DNA from: Phormidesmis sp.
GTDB taxonomy: Bacteria > Cyanobacteriota > Cyanobacteriia > Leptolyngbyales > Leptolyngbyaceae
DNA: 64,000 nt
Direction: 5' to 3'
Assembly: GCA_965248535.1 (NCBI GenBank)
Contig: CBDFJR010000005.1
Coordinates: 1,984,001-2,048,000, forward strand
Shown: one piece after another, positions 48,901 through 60,700 of the stretch
Numbering within the stretch: the first letter of the stretch is position 1
Layout of the letters: the number at the start of each line of letters is the position of its first letter
The notes under the pieces: model-generated
What the model saw: the letters and a program-made list of their open reading frames with translations, nothing else
The model's database searches: none
What the model was told of the DNA's origin: nothing
Translations under genes and position numbers: made by a program

Positions 48901-51707
48901 TCACTCACCAATCAAATCCACAACAGCCCGAATTAGCGTATCGTCGTGAAAGCTGCTTTTGGTTAAGTAGTAGTCTGCGCCAGCCTCTAGCCCTTGCACC
49001 CGATCGTCTTCGCGATCGCGATAAGACACCACAATCACCGGAGTCGCCCTCAGTCGAGGATGTTTTTTGATGGCCTTAATCAGTTCAATCCCGTTCATTC
49101 GCGGCATATCAACATCACTGATCACTAAATCATAAGGAGACGATCGTACCGCATTCCAGCCTTCCATTCCATCAACGGCAACGTCAACCAGATAGCCGCG
49201 ATTTTGCAGCAGCTTCCGCTCCATTTCTCGGACGGTGATCGAGTCGTCTACCACCAGCACTCGCCTTGGCTCTTTGCGAGGAGAAGGATTTAGAGTCAGG
49301 CTTTCAGACTGAGTTGCTGCGGACATGACTCTCGCGATCGTGCCCTCGTTGAGGAGAGTATTTGTCGATCGCACTAGATCAGACACATCGACAATCAACA
49401 CCAGCGACCCGTCGCCCATCAGGGCGGCCGCACTAATATCTTGCACTTTGCCGAGTCGAGCATCGAGCGGCCGCACCACCAGTTCTCGTTCTCCGAGGCA
49501 GCGATCGACCACTAGCCCATAGGTGTTGGTCTGATCGCTAATCACCACTACCCAAAGCGGGTCAGACAGCGACGAGGGCGGCGGCAAATCGAGCACTTGA
49601 TGGACAGGGATCAGACCAATATTTTTCTGATCAAGGGTGAAATATTGCCGCGTTTCGACCCCAAAAATCTCCGTAGGTTTAACCGCCACAATTTGATCAA
49701 TGCGCGCCAGAGGAAACGCATAGGACTCGCCCGATATCTCAACGAGCAGAGTCCGCACGACGGAGAGCGTTAGGGGCAGTTGAAAATAAAAGCTCAGTCC
49801 TTTGCCAGGTTGAGAGGTTGCCCGCACGGTGCCGCCCACTTCTTGAGCCATGCTTTGAGCAATGTCTAAACCCACGCCCCGCCCAGAAAGCTCAGTGACT
49901 TGTTTGGCCATTGAGAAGCCGGGGAGAAACAAAAACTCCATCAGTTCGGCTTCGGTTAGCTGGGCGGCGACATCGGGCCCCACTAACTTTTTGTCTACAA
50001 TTTGCTGGCGTAGTTTCATCGGTGCCAGACCTTTGCCATCATCGGCGATCGTGATTGATAACATTCCTCCCCGGTGCATCGCCTCTATGCGAATGGTGCC
50101 TGCGGCAGGTTTTCCGGCGGCGATGCGGTCTTCGGGCAGCTCGATGCCGTGGTCAACGGCGTTTCGCAACATATGGGTGAGGGGAGCTTCTAGCTTTTTG
50201 AGAATGTCGCGATCGACCGACGTAGATTTGCCCAAGATTTCTAGCTTGACTTGTTTTTGAGTCGTGCGGGCGAGATCACGCACCATGCGCGGAAACCCTT
50301 GCACCCCGTCTATAAACGGCCGCATATTGGACGTGATCACTTCTCGATAGAGCCGATCGGAGAGGTTTGCCGATCGCCGAATGAATTCTTCGAGTTCGAT
50401 CAAGCGATCGTTGAGTTGTCTTCGGCATTCTTGATCATGTTGCCGAGTTGCATCCAGCAGCGTTTGCATCGTTTGATCGGCTGAATTCATCAAAGCGTTT
50501 TGCTGCAATTTCTCCAAGTGTTTAGACAGCTTGAGTTGCTGAGATTTGAGCACCCCTAGCGCATCGGCAAACGGCGGCAGCCAATTGGCCTCGATCAGCG
50601 ATTCTCCGGCCAGCCCCATCATGCGATTGAGGTTGTCTGCACTGACTCTCACTACGCGGTCTTGAGACGCTGCCGAGCACTCAGATCAGCAGGACTTGAC
50701 TCGATCTCAGCCTTGGCTTCATGGGCGATCGCTGTCACAACCGCAGGCATGGGCGCGATCGCTTTGGGTGGCGCGATCGTTGCCTTTGGGTCGCGAATTG
50801 CCTCGATCGTGGCTCCTACTGAGGCAAAGTCTAAGTCATGGGCTGCTAGCCAAGAAGCTAACTCACCATCGCTCACCTGACCAAGATTTTGCAGCAGATC
50901 AACGCCTCGCAGCAGCACATCGACCCGATCGCCATCCAAGTCGATCGTGTGGTTTTGAGCGGCAACAAAGCAGTCTTCCATCGCGTGAGAGAGGTGAACT
51001 GCCGCATCTAAACCCACAATCCGAGCGGCCCCTTTGATCGAGTGAGCAGCGCGCATCAAGGCCTCCAACGCCTGAGCCGATTCGGGCTGAGTCTCCAATG
51101 CCAAAAGACCGTTATTTAAAAGAGCCGCCTGAGACTCAACTTCTAGCCGAAATAACTCCATCATTGAGCTATCTAAGAGCAGCGACGGCGGATTAGGTTT
51201 GGGATCTTCGGGGGGTGAGTCGGGCGTAGCGACTTCCTCCTTAGATGTCTGGAGACTTGAAGCGGTTTCTGCTCGGTCTTGTGGCGGTGGCAAGGTCGGA
51301 CTCTCACCCGCGATCGCGGCCTGCGTCTGAGCCACCTCTTCGGCATGGTCAAAGAGCCAGCGATCAAAGTCATCCCCCGTGGCTTGGCTCATCTTCACAA
51401 GCAGATCTCCGGCGTGGAGCAGCCGATCGATGAGCACGTCAGACAAAACCGTTGAGTCGTGCTGCACGGCCATCAATCTGGCTCTCATGGTCTCAGATAA
51501 GTCAGCGACCGCGTTGATTTCTATTAGCTGCGCCGAGCCAGCGATCGCGTGCAGCGATCGGATCGCCGTATCCAATTCACCGCCCAAAGAGGACTGCTGC
51601 TTTAAAATCGATAGACTCTGCTGAAGAGATTTGACCTGAGTCTCAACTTCTTGACGAAACAGATCCAGCATGGAGTAATCGCGCCTGGGGTCTCCACTGC
51701 TCATCAC
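48901..51707 (-). CDS. cheA: Hybrid CheA/WspE (2x Hpt, dimerisation, HATPase, CheW, REC), split by an apparent frameshift near 50670-50690
   Basis: ORF1 has LHAIAG and AAHSIKG Hpt motifs; ORF2 has [25 protein letters not shown]. The frame-2 linker QDRVVRVS continues upstream past the ORF2 start. Confidence 0.9.
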
Positions 51708-52423
51708 AATAAGCTGCGCTCAAGGGCATAAAACAACAGGTCGGCATCTAGATAATTCACCTTTTTGGTTTGCCAGTCAATAATCCCTTGGGTGTAAGCC
51801 TGACTTGCCTGCGACACCACCACGGGCACCTCTTTTAACTCCTTCTCCTGCACCCGATGAATGCGATGCACTTCATCTACCGGAAACACCCACTTGCGAT
51901 CGTCGTGCCCCACCACCAACATTCGACTCAGCGCCGAGCGATCGTGAGCCGACTCTGCTTCACGGTCTAAGCCCAGCAACTGACTCAACGAGACCGTCAT
52001 CAAAATTTCGCCCCGAATGTTGGTCAGACCTAACAGCACATCGTTGCTGCGGTGGGGCAATCGGTGAATGGCACCGAGACGGGTGACCTCGTTAAGCACT
52101 CCCACAGGCAGCGCAAACTGCTCATCGCCGAGACGAAACAAAATCACAGATAGCGTGTCTTTTGACCCTCTAACGGTGTAGAGAGCGGGGTCACGGTCAG
52201 AAGTCTTGAGTGCCAACTCATCGGATGATGCCGCGATCGCCGCCGTCCACTCGTTGAGATAATCGAGCGGAATCTCTCGCTCTAGTAAACTGCGCCCCAC
52301 GGTGGCATAAACCGGGCAGTTGCGGCAGTGAATCACCGTCTCTAGCTGACTGCACGAGCGATCGCCCTTAACGCCAATTTGATTCCAGCAATCGTTGATC
52401 TCAGCAGACAGACTTGTCAGCAT
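51704..52423 (-). CDS. cheW: CheW (WspD-like)
   Basis: CWNQIGVKGDRSC..HCRNC N-terminus typical of WspD; LPHR..NIRGE. Confidence 0.92.
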   Translation of the reverse strand: MLTSLSAEINDCWNQIGVKGDRSCSQLETVIHCRNCPVYATVGRSLLEREIPLDYLNEWTAAIAASSDELALKTSDRDPALYTVRGSKDTLSVILFRLGDEQFALPVGVLNEVTRLGAIHRLPHRSNDVLLGLTNIRGEILMTVSLSQLLGLDREAESAHDRSALSRMLVVGHDDRKWVFPVDEVHRIHRVQEKELKEVPVVVSQASQAYTQGIIDWQTKKVNYLDADLLFYALERSLL

Positions 52424-52429
52424 TGCACA

Positions 52430-54046
52430 TCACACTTTAAATTGAGAAATTTCTCGCTGCAAGCCCTGAGCCGCGTCATCTAACTGAGTCAGCGCATTGT
52501 TGGTTTCTTGCAAAGACTGCACGGTTTGATAAGACGCGTCGCTGAGTTGCCCGATCGCCAAGCTAATCTGCTCTGCCCCGCGATATTGTTCATCCATGCG
52601 CTGGCTGACGGCCGAAAATTGCGGCGTTAACCCCTGCACATTTTGAATAAATCCAGCAATTTGTTGACTAATGTCCCCTACTTCGGTCACATATTGCCCC
52701 ACTTCTTTGCTAAATTTATCGACCTCCATCACGCCCGTAGACACCGATGATTGCATCTCTTTGACCATCTGTTCAATTTCGAGAGTGGCCACGGCTGACT
52801 GATCGGCAAGACGACGAATTTCTCTAGCCACGACTGCAAACCCGGCCCCATATTCTCCGGCTTTTTCGGCCTCGATCGCGGCATTCAGCGATAATAAATT
52901 AGCCTGATCGGCCACTTTAGTAATCGTAGTCACGACCGTGTTGATATTATTCGCTTTCTCATCCACCACCGTTAACTTTGATGAGATTAAATTTGTCGCC
53001 AGCACTAAATTTTGCATGGCTGACTGCATTTTATTGAGATTGGTTTGGCTGTTGGCGGCCGATTCTGTCGTGGTGTGGGCCGTTGCCGCTACGCCATCCA
53101 TTGATTTTGCTAACTCGCCTGCCGTTGACGCAATTTGTCGAGATGTTGCATTCACCTCGTGCATGGAGGCCACTTGTTCATTGACGGTCGCTTCAAGCTG
53201 TCTGCCCGCCGCCGCGATCTGAGTCGTAGACGTGCTGATCTGAATGCCAGATTTTTGGGCCTGAGTGATCAAAGCACTCAAATTTTTGGTCATGTTGTGA
53301 AACGACCTCATTAGTTGCCCCAATTCAGTATTGGTTTGAGTGTCTGTGATCGACTGCGTTAAATCGCCATCGGCAACCTGTTGCGCCACTTTTGAAACCT
53401 GACTCAGCGGCTGTGTGATCTGGCGATTGAGAATCACACCAATTAATGCTAAGAGAAAAATTCCGATCGGCATTCCATATAAAACGCTGTCTAGCGTGCG
53501 CCGGGCCGAACTCTCTGCAACCTGCGATCGCTTCTGCAACAAATCGCTCTCTCCGTCCTTCATGCGAGACACGGTATCACGGATCTGATCCATCAGTCGC
53601 TTGCCCTCACCGCTTTGCACCACTTTTAGCGCTGCATCCGATCGATTGGCTTGTTTAAGTCGAATGGTGCTGTCAAGCTCCGTCAGTTTTTGGTTAGCCA
53701 GAGAATCTAGGGTCTGAACATAGCCCTGCTGAGTGGGGTTATCTTGGACTAATTGCTTGAATTGCTCAAGTTTTTGTTGAATCGCCGATCGGGCTTTGTT
53801 GTAGGGGGTGAGATAGCGGGAATCGTTGGTCAACAAATAGCCGCGCTGCCCCGTTTCGGCATCTTTGACCAGCGAAAGAATCTCTTCGGCTTGACTCAAC
53901 ACTTCATAGGTGTGCTTTTCGTCACGAGACGTTGAGATAAATTGCTCGGTGCCGCGATAAGAGATAATGCCGATCGTGGTAAAGATTGCCAACCCCAACG
54001 CAAAACCCGCAGTAATTTTAGTCCTAATTTTCCAGCGATTTAACAT
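52430..54046 (-). CDS. Methyl-accepting chemotaxis protein (WspA position) with CHASE3-like sensor and HAMP
   Basis: DAETGQRGYLLT; ANLLSLNAAIEAEKAGEYGAGFAVVAREIRRLA. Confidence 0.95.
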   Translation of the reverse strand: MLNRWKIRTKITAGFALGLAIFTTIGIISYRGTEQFISTSRDEKHTYEVLSQAEEILSLVKDAETGQRGYLLTNDSRYLTPYNKARSAIQQKLEQFKQLVQDNPTQQGYVQTLDSLANQKLTELDSTIRLKQANRSDAALKVVQSGEGKRLMDQIRDTVSRMKDGESDLLQKRSQVAESSARRTLDSVLYGMPIGIFLLALIGVILNRQITQPLSQVSKVAQQVADGDLTQSITDTQTNTELGQLMRSFHNMTKNLSALITQAQKSGIQISTSTTQIAAAGRQLEATVNEQVASMHEVNATSRQIASTAGELAKSMDGVAATAHTTTESAANSQTNLNKMQSAMQNLVLATNLISSKLTVVDEKANNINTVVTTITKVADQANLLSLNAAIEAEKAGEYGAGFAVVAREIRRLADQSAVATLEIEQMVKEMQSSVSTGVMEVDKFSKEVGQYVTEVGDISQQIAGFIQNVQGLTPQFSAVSQRMDEQYRGAEQISLAIGQLSDASYQTVQSLQETNNALTQLDDAAQGLQREISQFKV

Positions 54047-54116
54047 ATGCCCAGCTTACCAAGACTCACTTCTAGAGTAGCGTAGCAACGCCCGCGATCC
54101 TTCAGGCTGATCAAGG

Positions 54117-55283
54117 TCAAGCGTCTAACAACCGTTGAATGCGCTGTTTTAAAATCGCTGACCCTGCCCGATCGCCCTTCTGCTCTTTTAACAATGCCAG
54201 ATGAGTCATCGCTTTATAGGCGTTGGGGTTGAGATAGATGGCCTTTTGAAACGCCTGTTCTGCTGGCTCTGGCTGATCTAGCGCTTGATAAATCTCACCC
54301 AACAGCAGATAAGCCCGATCGTCGGTTGAATGAGTCGTTAGATAAGAGTTGCACAGGGCGATCGCGTCTCTAAGCTGCCCCCGATCGGCAAGGTGTTGAA
54401 TCGTTTCAAGCTTCAGCATGGGTTGAGAAGGAATGGATTTAACAACGGGAGCGGGAATCGCAGTGGGCACGATCGTAGGCAATCGGCGCTCTGCATGACG
54501 AGGCTCTTTGCGATAGCTAAACGCAAACGGATGGCGAATCGGGATGAAGTGGGGAGCGGTAACTTGGGCGGTTTCGGCTGCGCCCACAAACAGCAAACCT
54601 GAAGGCGCTAACGCTTGATCTAGCTGCTCAATCACCCGATGGCGAGAAGCCCGATCGAGATAGATCAAAAGATTGCGGCAGAAAATAGCCTGATAGTTTC
54701 CCTGAGCCAAACGCACAGAATTGAGCAAATTTCCCTGCATGAAGTTGACCGTATTGCGAACAAACGGACGAATTTCGTGGCCAGTTTCAACAGGTTCAAA
54801 ATAGCGCGATTGAGCCGTCACGTTGCCCCGAAAGGACTGTTTGCCATAAATTCCGCCTTTGGCTTTGAGCAAGGCGCGCTGACTAATATCAACAGCATCG
54901 ACTTTAAACTGAGCCGGGGTCAATCCAGCGTTGAACAGCGTCATGGCGATCGAATAGGGTTCTTCGCCCGTTGAGCAAGGCGCACTCAAAACCCGAAACA
55001 CGCCAGCCGGGTGAGCCGATCGCCACTCGGTGACAAACTGATGCAAATAAACAAAGGGTTCACGATCGCGAAAAAACCAGGTTTCGGGCACCACCACCGT
55101 TTCGATCAGGGTATCCATTTCTTTAGGTGATGACTGCAAGTGCGCGAGATAAGCGGCCCGATCGGGCAATCCACATCCCAATCTGCGGCGATCAACAGCG
55201 TGAGCGATCGTGTTAGACCCAATGCTGCTGGCATCTAAGCCAATTTTTTGTCTCAGCAGCCCCTCAATTGTGTCTTGCACCAT
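54117..55283 (-). CDS. cheR: CheR methyltransferase + TPR (WspC-like)
   Basis: VPETWFFRD, SAPCSTGEEPYS, IFCRNLLIY; C-terminal TPR. Confidence 0.94.
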   Translation of the reverse strand: MVQDTIEGLLRQKIGLDASSIGSNTIAHAVDRRRLGCGLPDRAAYLAHLQSSPKEMDTLIETVVVPETWFFRDREPFVYLHQFVTEWRSAHPAGVFRVLSAPCSTGEEPYSIAMTLFNAGLTPAQFKVDAVDISQRALLKAKGGIYGKQSFRGNVTAQSRYFEPVETGHEIRPFVRNTVNFMQGNLLNSVRLAQGNYQAIFCRNLLIYLDRASRHRVIEQLDQALAPSGLLFVGAAETAQVTAPHFIPIRHPFAFSYRKEPRHAERRLPTIVPTAIPAPVVKSIPSQPMLKLETIQHLADRGQLRDAIALCNSYLTTHSTDDRAYLLLGEIYQALDQPEPAEQAFQKAIYLNPNAYKAMTHLALLKEQKGDRAGSAILKQRIQRLLDA

Positions 55284-55286
55284 GCC

Positions 55287-55739
55287 CTAAGCGCCCCCAA
55301 TAAACAGCCGTGTAGATTGGGCCTCCGCCACTAGAGGCTGCCAATAAATCTGTTGAATCATGCCTTTTTCATCCATGAATAGATTGCCTAAATAGGGCAC
55401 GTCGTTAGTCGAAGTCACGTCTGTTGAGTCTAAGTCAGGTCTGCTCAGGGTTTCAGTCACCCGCTCTGCCATCAGCCCCAGAGGATAGTTTTTGCCATCC
55501 GGCGTAGTGTGATGAACCATCATCACACGAGTGCTCAATCGTGGACGACAATCGGTGCCGTTCAATAATCGACATAGATCAATCATCGGAACTAAACGAC
55601 CGCGATAATTAAAAATACCCGCTACATAAATGGGAACATGATCAACTTTTCGGGGTGTCACCATCGGGATCACCTCCACTACGTGAGTGCTATCGAGAGC
55701 ATAGAGATTATCGCCAGCGTAAAATAGCAACATCAGCAT
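55287..55739 (-). CDS. cheW: CheW (WspB-like)
   Basis: VAGIFNYRGRLVPMIDL, RLSTR, LGLMAERVTET. Confidence 0.9.
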   Translation of the reverse strand: MLMLLFYAGDNLYALDSTHVVEVIPMVTPRKVDHVPIYVAGIFNYRGRLVPMIDLCRLLNGTDCRPRLSTRVMMVHHTTPDGKNYPLGLMAERVTETLSRPDLDSTDVTSTNDVPYLGNLFMDEKGMIQQIYWQPLVAEAQSTRLFIGGA

Positions 55740-55856
55740 GGAATTAACCGATCAAGGGTCTGATATCGCGTCATGGATGCCTCAAGATAGTGACCTACGA
55801 TCGCTCACTTAACATCCGTCTAGGGTCAGAAAGATCAGTGGCTGGCACAGTCTGAT

Positions 55857-55877
55857 GGGCACGGCAATGCCATGCCC
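55857..55877. repeat. Second copy of GGGCACGGCAATGCCATGCCC
   Basis: Identical to 39964-39984. Confidence 0.8.
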
Positions 55878-55950
55878 TTACGCTGCTCTGAGCAGGGCTA
55901 TGCCCTAGGTTAGATTCTGGTTTTATTTAATCCACGATTCTTAGAATCTG

Positions 55951-57414
55951 CTAAATGCCAAAGATAGACTGAATGCGTTTACGAATGTGATCAAAAGAGG
56001 TTTCTTCTTTGGTGGTTGTGCCGATCGTAATGCCTAAACTTTTTAAGACTTCTTGGCGACGAGATAGTTCTTCAGCAATCTTGTCAGCTAAACCTTGATG
56101 ATTGGTTAACAGCGTTTGCAAATTGCTGTGATCGACCACAAATAAAATGGTTTCTTCTAAAGTTCGCAAGGTGGCAGTGCGCGGCATCCCCATCAGCAGC
56201 GACATTTCCCCGATAAACTCACCCGCTCGACGCACGGCAACTTGTTTGTCAATCGACTCTACAAAAACCTCCACTGAGCCAGACAAAATGATATAAAACG
56301 CATCGCCGGGGTCGCCTTCTCGACAGATCGTTTCGGCGATCGTCAGTTTTTTGCGATAGCCTTGCTCAATCACCTGCCGTAGCTCAATTTCACCACACTG
56401 CTGAAAATAGCTGACCTTTCGCAGCAGATCGCGCAGCATCCAGCCCCCGATCGGCTTTTCGGTCTCTTCCAAGTCACCTGCTTTGGCAGCAACCCCGCTT
56501 GTCTGAGCAGTTTGCAGCCAATGAGCCAGTGCGGGCAGATTCTCGATCGTCAGACTAGCAGATGTGGTTTGATCGATGGCCCGATCGCGAAACTCTGCCT
56601 CGATCAAAAACCGCAGGGCACTTTTAATGGAATCCATCTCGATCGGGTCACGAATCCACACCATCAGGTCAAAGGTGAGCGCGTCTGCTGCAATGCCTTT
56701 GAAATAAACCTCTGGTGAAGGAGACGGCAAAACCCGTGGCTCTTGACGGGCCGCCGTTAGCAGCGCTTCTAGCACAGTGAGCGAGTCGCTCTCTTCGTCC
56801 ACCCGCACCGGAATCTCAATCCGACATTTAGGGTCGCGATAGCTCCAGTTCACCACATTATTGTCGAGAAAACGGCTGTTGGGCACAATCACAAACACCC
56901 CATTCACCGTGCGAATCGTGGTGGATCGGATAGCAATTTCTTCGACTGTGCCCGCGAGTTGATCGACTTCAATATAGTCACCCACTTTGATCGGTTGCCC
57001 AAACAGCAGCGTCAGACCACTGATAAAATTACTCGACAAATTTTGTAGCCCGATGCCCACCCCAAGCCCGATCGCCCCCGCAAACACGGCCAAAGAACTA
57101 AGATTGATGCCAGCCGCCTCTAATACGATCAGAAACCCAATCACCGTAATGATGTAGCTGGTAATCGTTGAGAGAGACTCTCGTGTACCGAGTTCTAATT
57201 TGAATCGTGGTAAAACTCGCTCTTTTAGAATTTGTTTGATCGTGTTTGCTAAAACTAAAACAAGCGTTGATTGAATAACGAGTTCAGCAATCGATCCCAG
57301 AGAAAACTTTTCTCCTGCAAACGTGAATAGACTATTACTAAAAGCATTGATAAAGTCCTGAAAAAACTGCTTAGTTTGAATATTTACCCAGTCTAAAGCT
57401 GATTGCAGTTCCAT
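55951..57414 (-). CDS. MscS-family channel with a C-terminal cyclic-nucleotide-binding domain
   Basis: GLGVGIGLQN..NFISG..IKVGD..VPNS; CNB REGDPG..IGEMSLLMGMPRTAT. Confidence 0.93.
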   Translation of the reverse strand: MELQSALDWVNIQTKQFFQDFINAFSNSLFTFAGEKFSLGSIAELVIQSTLVLVLANTIKQILKERVLPRFKLELGTRESLSTITSYIITVIGFLIVLEAAGINLSSLAVFAGAIGLGVGIGLQNLSSNFISGLTLLFGQPIKVGDYIEVDQLAGTVEEIAIRSTTIRTVNGVFVIVPNSRFLDNNVVNWSYRDPKCRIEIPVRVDEESDSLTVLEALLTAARQEPRVLPSPSPEVYFKGIAADALTFDLMVWIRDPIEMDSIKSALRFLIEAEFRDRAIDQTTSASLTIENLPALAHWLQTAQTSGVAAKAGDLEETEKPIGGWMLRDLLRKVSYFQQCGEIELRQVIEQGYRKKLTIAETICREGDPGDAFYIILSGSVEVFVESIDKQVAVRRAGEFIGEMSLLMGMPRTATLRTLEETILFVVDHSNLQTLLTNHQGLADKIAEELSRRQEVLKSLGITIGTTTKEETSFDHIRKRIQSIFGI

Positions 57415-57779
57415 TATTTAGTGCTCCCAGCGATCGCTTTTATGGGCTATAAGCTACTCATTATAGATCTTGACGTTCAATCTTCTTCAGACTTATGCAG
57501 CACGTAAGTTAAATTACTGAGTGCTTGTTAATATTGCTACGATTAATCGACTCTTAAGTACTGCTATTGAGAAGCTCATTTAAAGTTTTGATGAATCTCA
57601 GAAAGATTCTTCAGTATTTATACAGAGCCATGGGAGAATTCTGTCAACGAAAAACAAATGGTTACTTTAGGTGCAGTCGCTTTTCTATCAATTCGTGCGT
57701 TGCCGATGCCAAATCGAGAAATACGGGTTTGCTTCTAAGCCGCAATTCAACTGACACTCTAAACTAATAAGGCTTAACT

Positions 57780-60700
57780 ATGAAAGCTCTCTTTCAAGCT
57801 CTAGCTGAAGACTCAGAGCAAATTTTGCTACCTAATTTTCAGGCTGATGGGGATGTGCGATTCCAAACTGTTAGGACTGTTAAACCTCAGATGCTAGTCA
57901 TCATTGATGCAGGGGTTGCAGACTACAAAAGTCTAGCAATGGGTGTTGTTGATGGAGCGATCGCCCTAGTCCTTGATCCCAATCGAGATGGGGTTGAACA
58001 GATTACCGAGGCATTACACTGCTATAGCCCAATTACCCGTTTGCATCTGATCTCCCATGGCTCTCCTAGCTGTATTTATTTGGGCAATAGTCAACTTAGC
58101 CTGCTCACGATCGCTGACTACGCTCCTTTGCTGCAACGCTGGTCTTCCTATCTCAAGAGCCAAATTTTGATCTACGGCTGCGATGTGGCGGCTGGCGATG
58201 CAGGCCGTGAGTTCATTGAGCAGTTGCAGCAGTTGACGGGGGTCGCGATCGCCGCTTCAACCACGCGGATTGGCAGCGCCACCCAGGGCGGTAGCTGGCG
58301 ATTCGACATAACAACCGATCGAGGCGACGTTTCTCCCTGTTTTCAGGATGAAGTCATGAGGGCCTACCCAGCCGCGTTTGCAGCAGGCGATTTAGATACC
58401 AGCTTTGGTAACAATGGCATTGTTGCTGGGCTTGCGGGCGCTGGCGCTGGGCTTGGGCTACAGCCAGACGGCAAACTGTTAGTCACCTCCACAATTCCGG
58501 GTAGCAGCAGTTCCTTCACTCTCAGCCGCTACAACAGCAACGGTAGCCTAGATACTAGCTTTGGCAGCAGTGGCAGAGTGACAGGGTTTAACAATTCTGG
58601 TGAGGATATTCTCATCCAGCCTGACGGCAAAATCATTGTGGCGGGAGACACCCCAGCAACGATTCCATCCTATCCTTCTGGTGCTACATCTTTTTCGGTC
58701 ACTCGCTACAACATTGACGGTAGCCTGGATACTGGTTTTGGCACTAACGGCACCACAGTTAACCATGTGGGCACGGTTCACAACGACCAACTCAGCGCGG
58801 TGCTTCAGCCAGACGGCAAGATTTTACTAGGAGGATATTCGTTCTATACGGGTAGTGATAGCCAGGGTCTTTTAGTTCGCTATAACAGCAACGGCAGTCT
58901 AGATAGCAGCTTTGGTAATAGTGCTCTGCCGGGCGTATCCACAGCATTAATCACCAACGAGCAGAGTTATGGCTTTAGCGTTGCGCTTCAATCTGATGGT
59001 CAGATCATCCTGGCAGGAGCCTCGACGGTCAATCCGCAAATCTCACCGTCGCTGGCGCTCTGGAAATTTAGCCCAACTGGAAGTTTGATTGGCAGCACTA
59101 AAACAGCCTTCACTTCGTTGACCAACTACCAGGTCTTTGCCCCTTCTAACATCCCTCAAGTGGCTGTACAAGCTGATGGCAAGATTGTGGTTGCAGAAGA
59201 TATGTTGTACAACCAACCCTATCAATCTCCCATTCGATACTCCTTTGCCCGATTTAACAGCGACCTTACCCTCGATACTAGCTTCGGGACTGGTGGGGGT
59301 GCAGGCGGTTATTTCCAGGGGAGTAGTTTCCCCTCCTCTGACATAGCACTGAACTACAACAGCCTTGCGCTTCAGCCGGATGGCAAGATCGTTACTGCTG
59401 GCAGACGAGATCAGAATGGAGTCGGCAGTTTCATTGTGGAGCGTCATGGCAGCAACGGTGCTCTAGACAGCAGTTTTGGGGCAGGCGGGGGAGTTTTGAC
59501 CAATTTTGGCAACGGCAACGCCAGTGCTTCAAATTTGGTCATTCAGCCTGATGGTAAGGTGGTTGCTACAGGAACCGCAAACGGCAGTTTTACCCTAGTG
59601 CGCTACGTTGGAGTCAGCAGTGGGGTTAACCAGGCTCCTACCGACATCAGCCTAAGCAATACTAATCTCTTCCCATTCCAAATCCCACAGCCAGGAGCTT
59701 TTCTGATTGGCAACTTCTCAACGGTTGACCCTGATGTTAGCGATCGCCACTCCTACAGACTGGTATCAGGTGTTGGGGATACCGATAATGGCTTGTTCTT
59801 AATTCAAGGAGGGAATGGATTTTACCTGGCACCCAATACAAGCACCACGCAAAAGCAAACTTACAGCATTCGGGTTCGCAGCGATGATGGTCGAGACGGC
59901 ACCTTTGAGAAGTCGATTATTCTCAGCACTGGGAATCTAGCACCCGTGGCTAGCACCCCGATCGGTGACAAAGCTGTGACGATCGGCTCTCTCTTCAGTC
60001 TTTCCGTCGCCACGACGTTTACTGATCCCAATCCTGGAGATACCTTCACCCTCAACGCCTCCCTCAGCAATGGCAACCCGCTACCTAGTTGGCTCAGTTT
60101 CAACCCTGCTACGGGTCTTTTTAGTGGCACGCCCAGCAGCAGTGATGCGGGTACTCAGTTAATTCTGTTAAGGGCAACTGATCGGGCAGGAGCTTTCAGC
60201 ACCACCAACTTCAACCTGACCGTTAATGGTACAGTTAGCAATCAAGCCCCGACCAACCTGAGTTTGAGCAGCACCAGCATTGCTGAAAATCTGCCAGCTA
60301 ACTCGGTGGTAGGCACATTTACCACGACTGACCCCAATCCCGGCGATACGTTCACTTACTCCTTGGTTGCAGGCATAGGCAGCACCCATAACGCAGCCTT
60401 CAAGATTGTTGGCAATACGCTACGCACAACCCAAGCCTTTGATTTTGAGGCACAATCTACCTACAGTGTTCGAGTTCGCACAGATGATGGCAAGGGCGGA
60501 GTTTTAGAGCGAGTGCTTGCAGTGAATGTTCAGGATGGTAATGATGCCCCGATCGTGGCGACTCCTTTAACCAATCGAACAGCAACTGTTAGCAAAGCAT
60601 TCCGCTATGTAGTGCCCACCAATACCTTCTTTGATCAGGATGTTGCCGCGAATAGTGACCTAGATTGGCTCACTTTAAGTGCAACGTTGAGTGATAGTAG

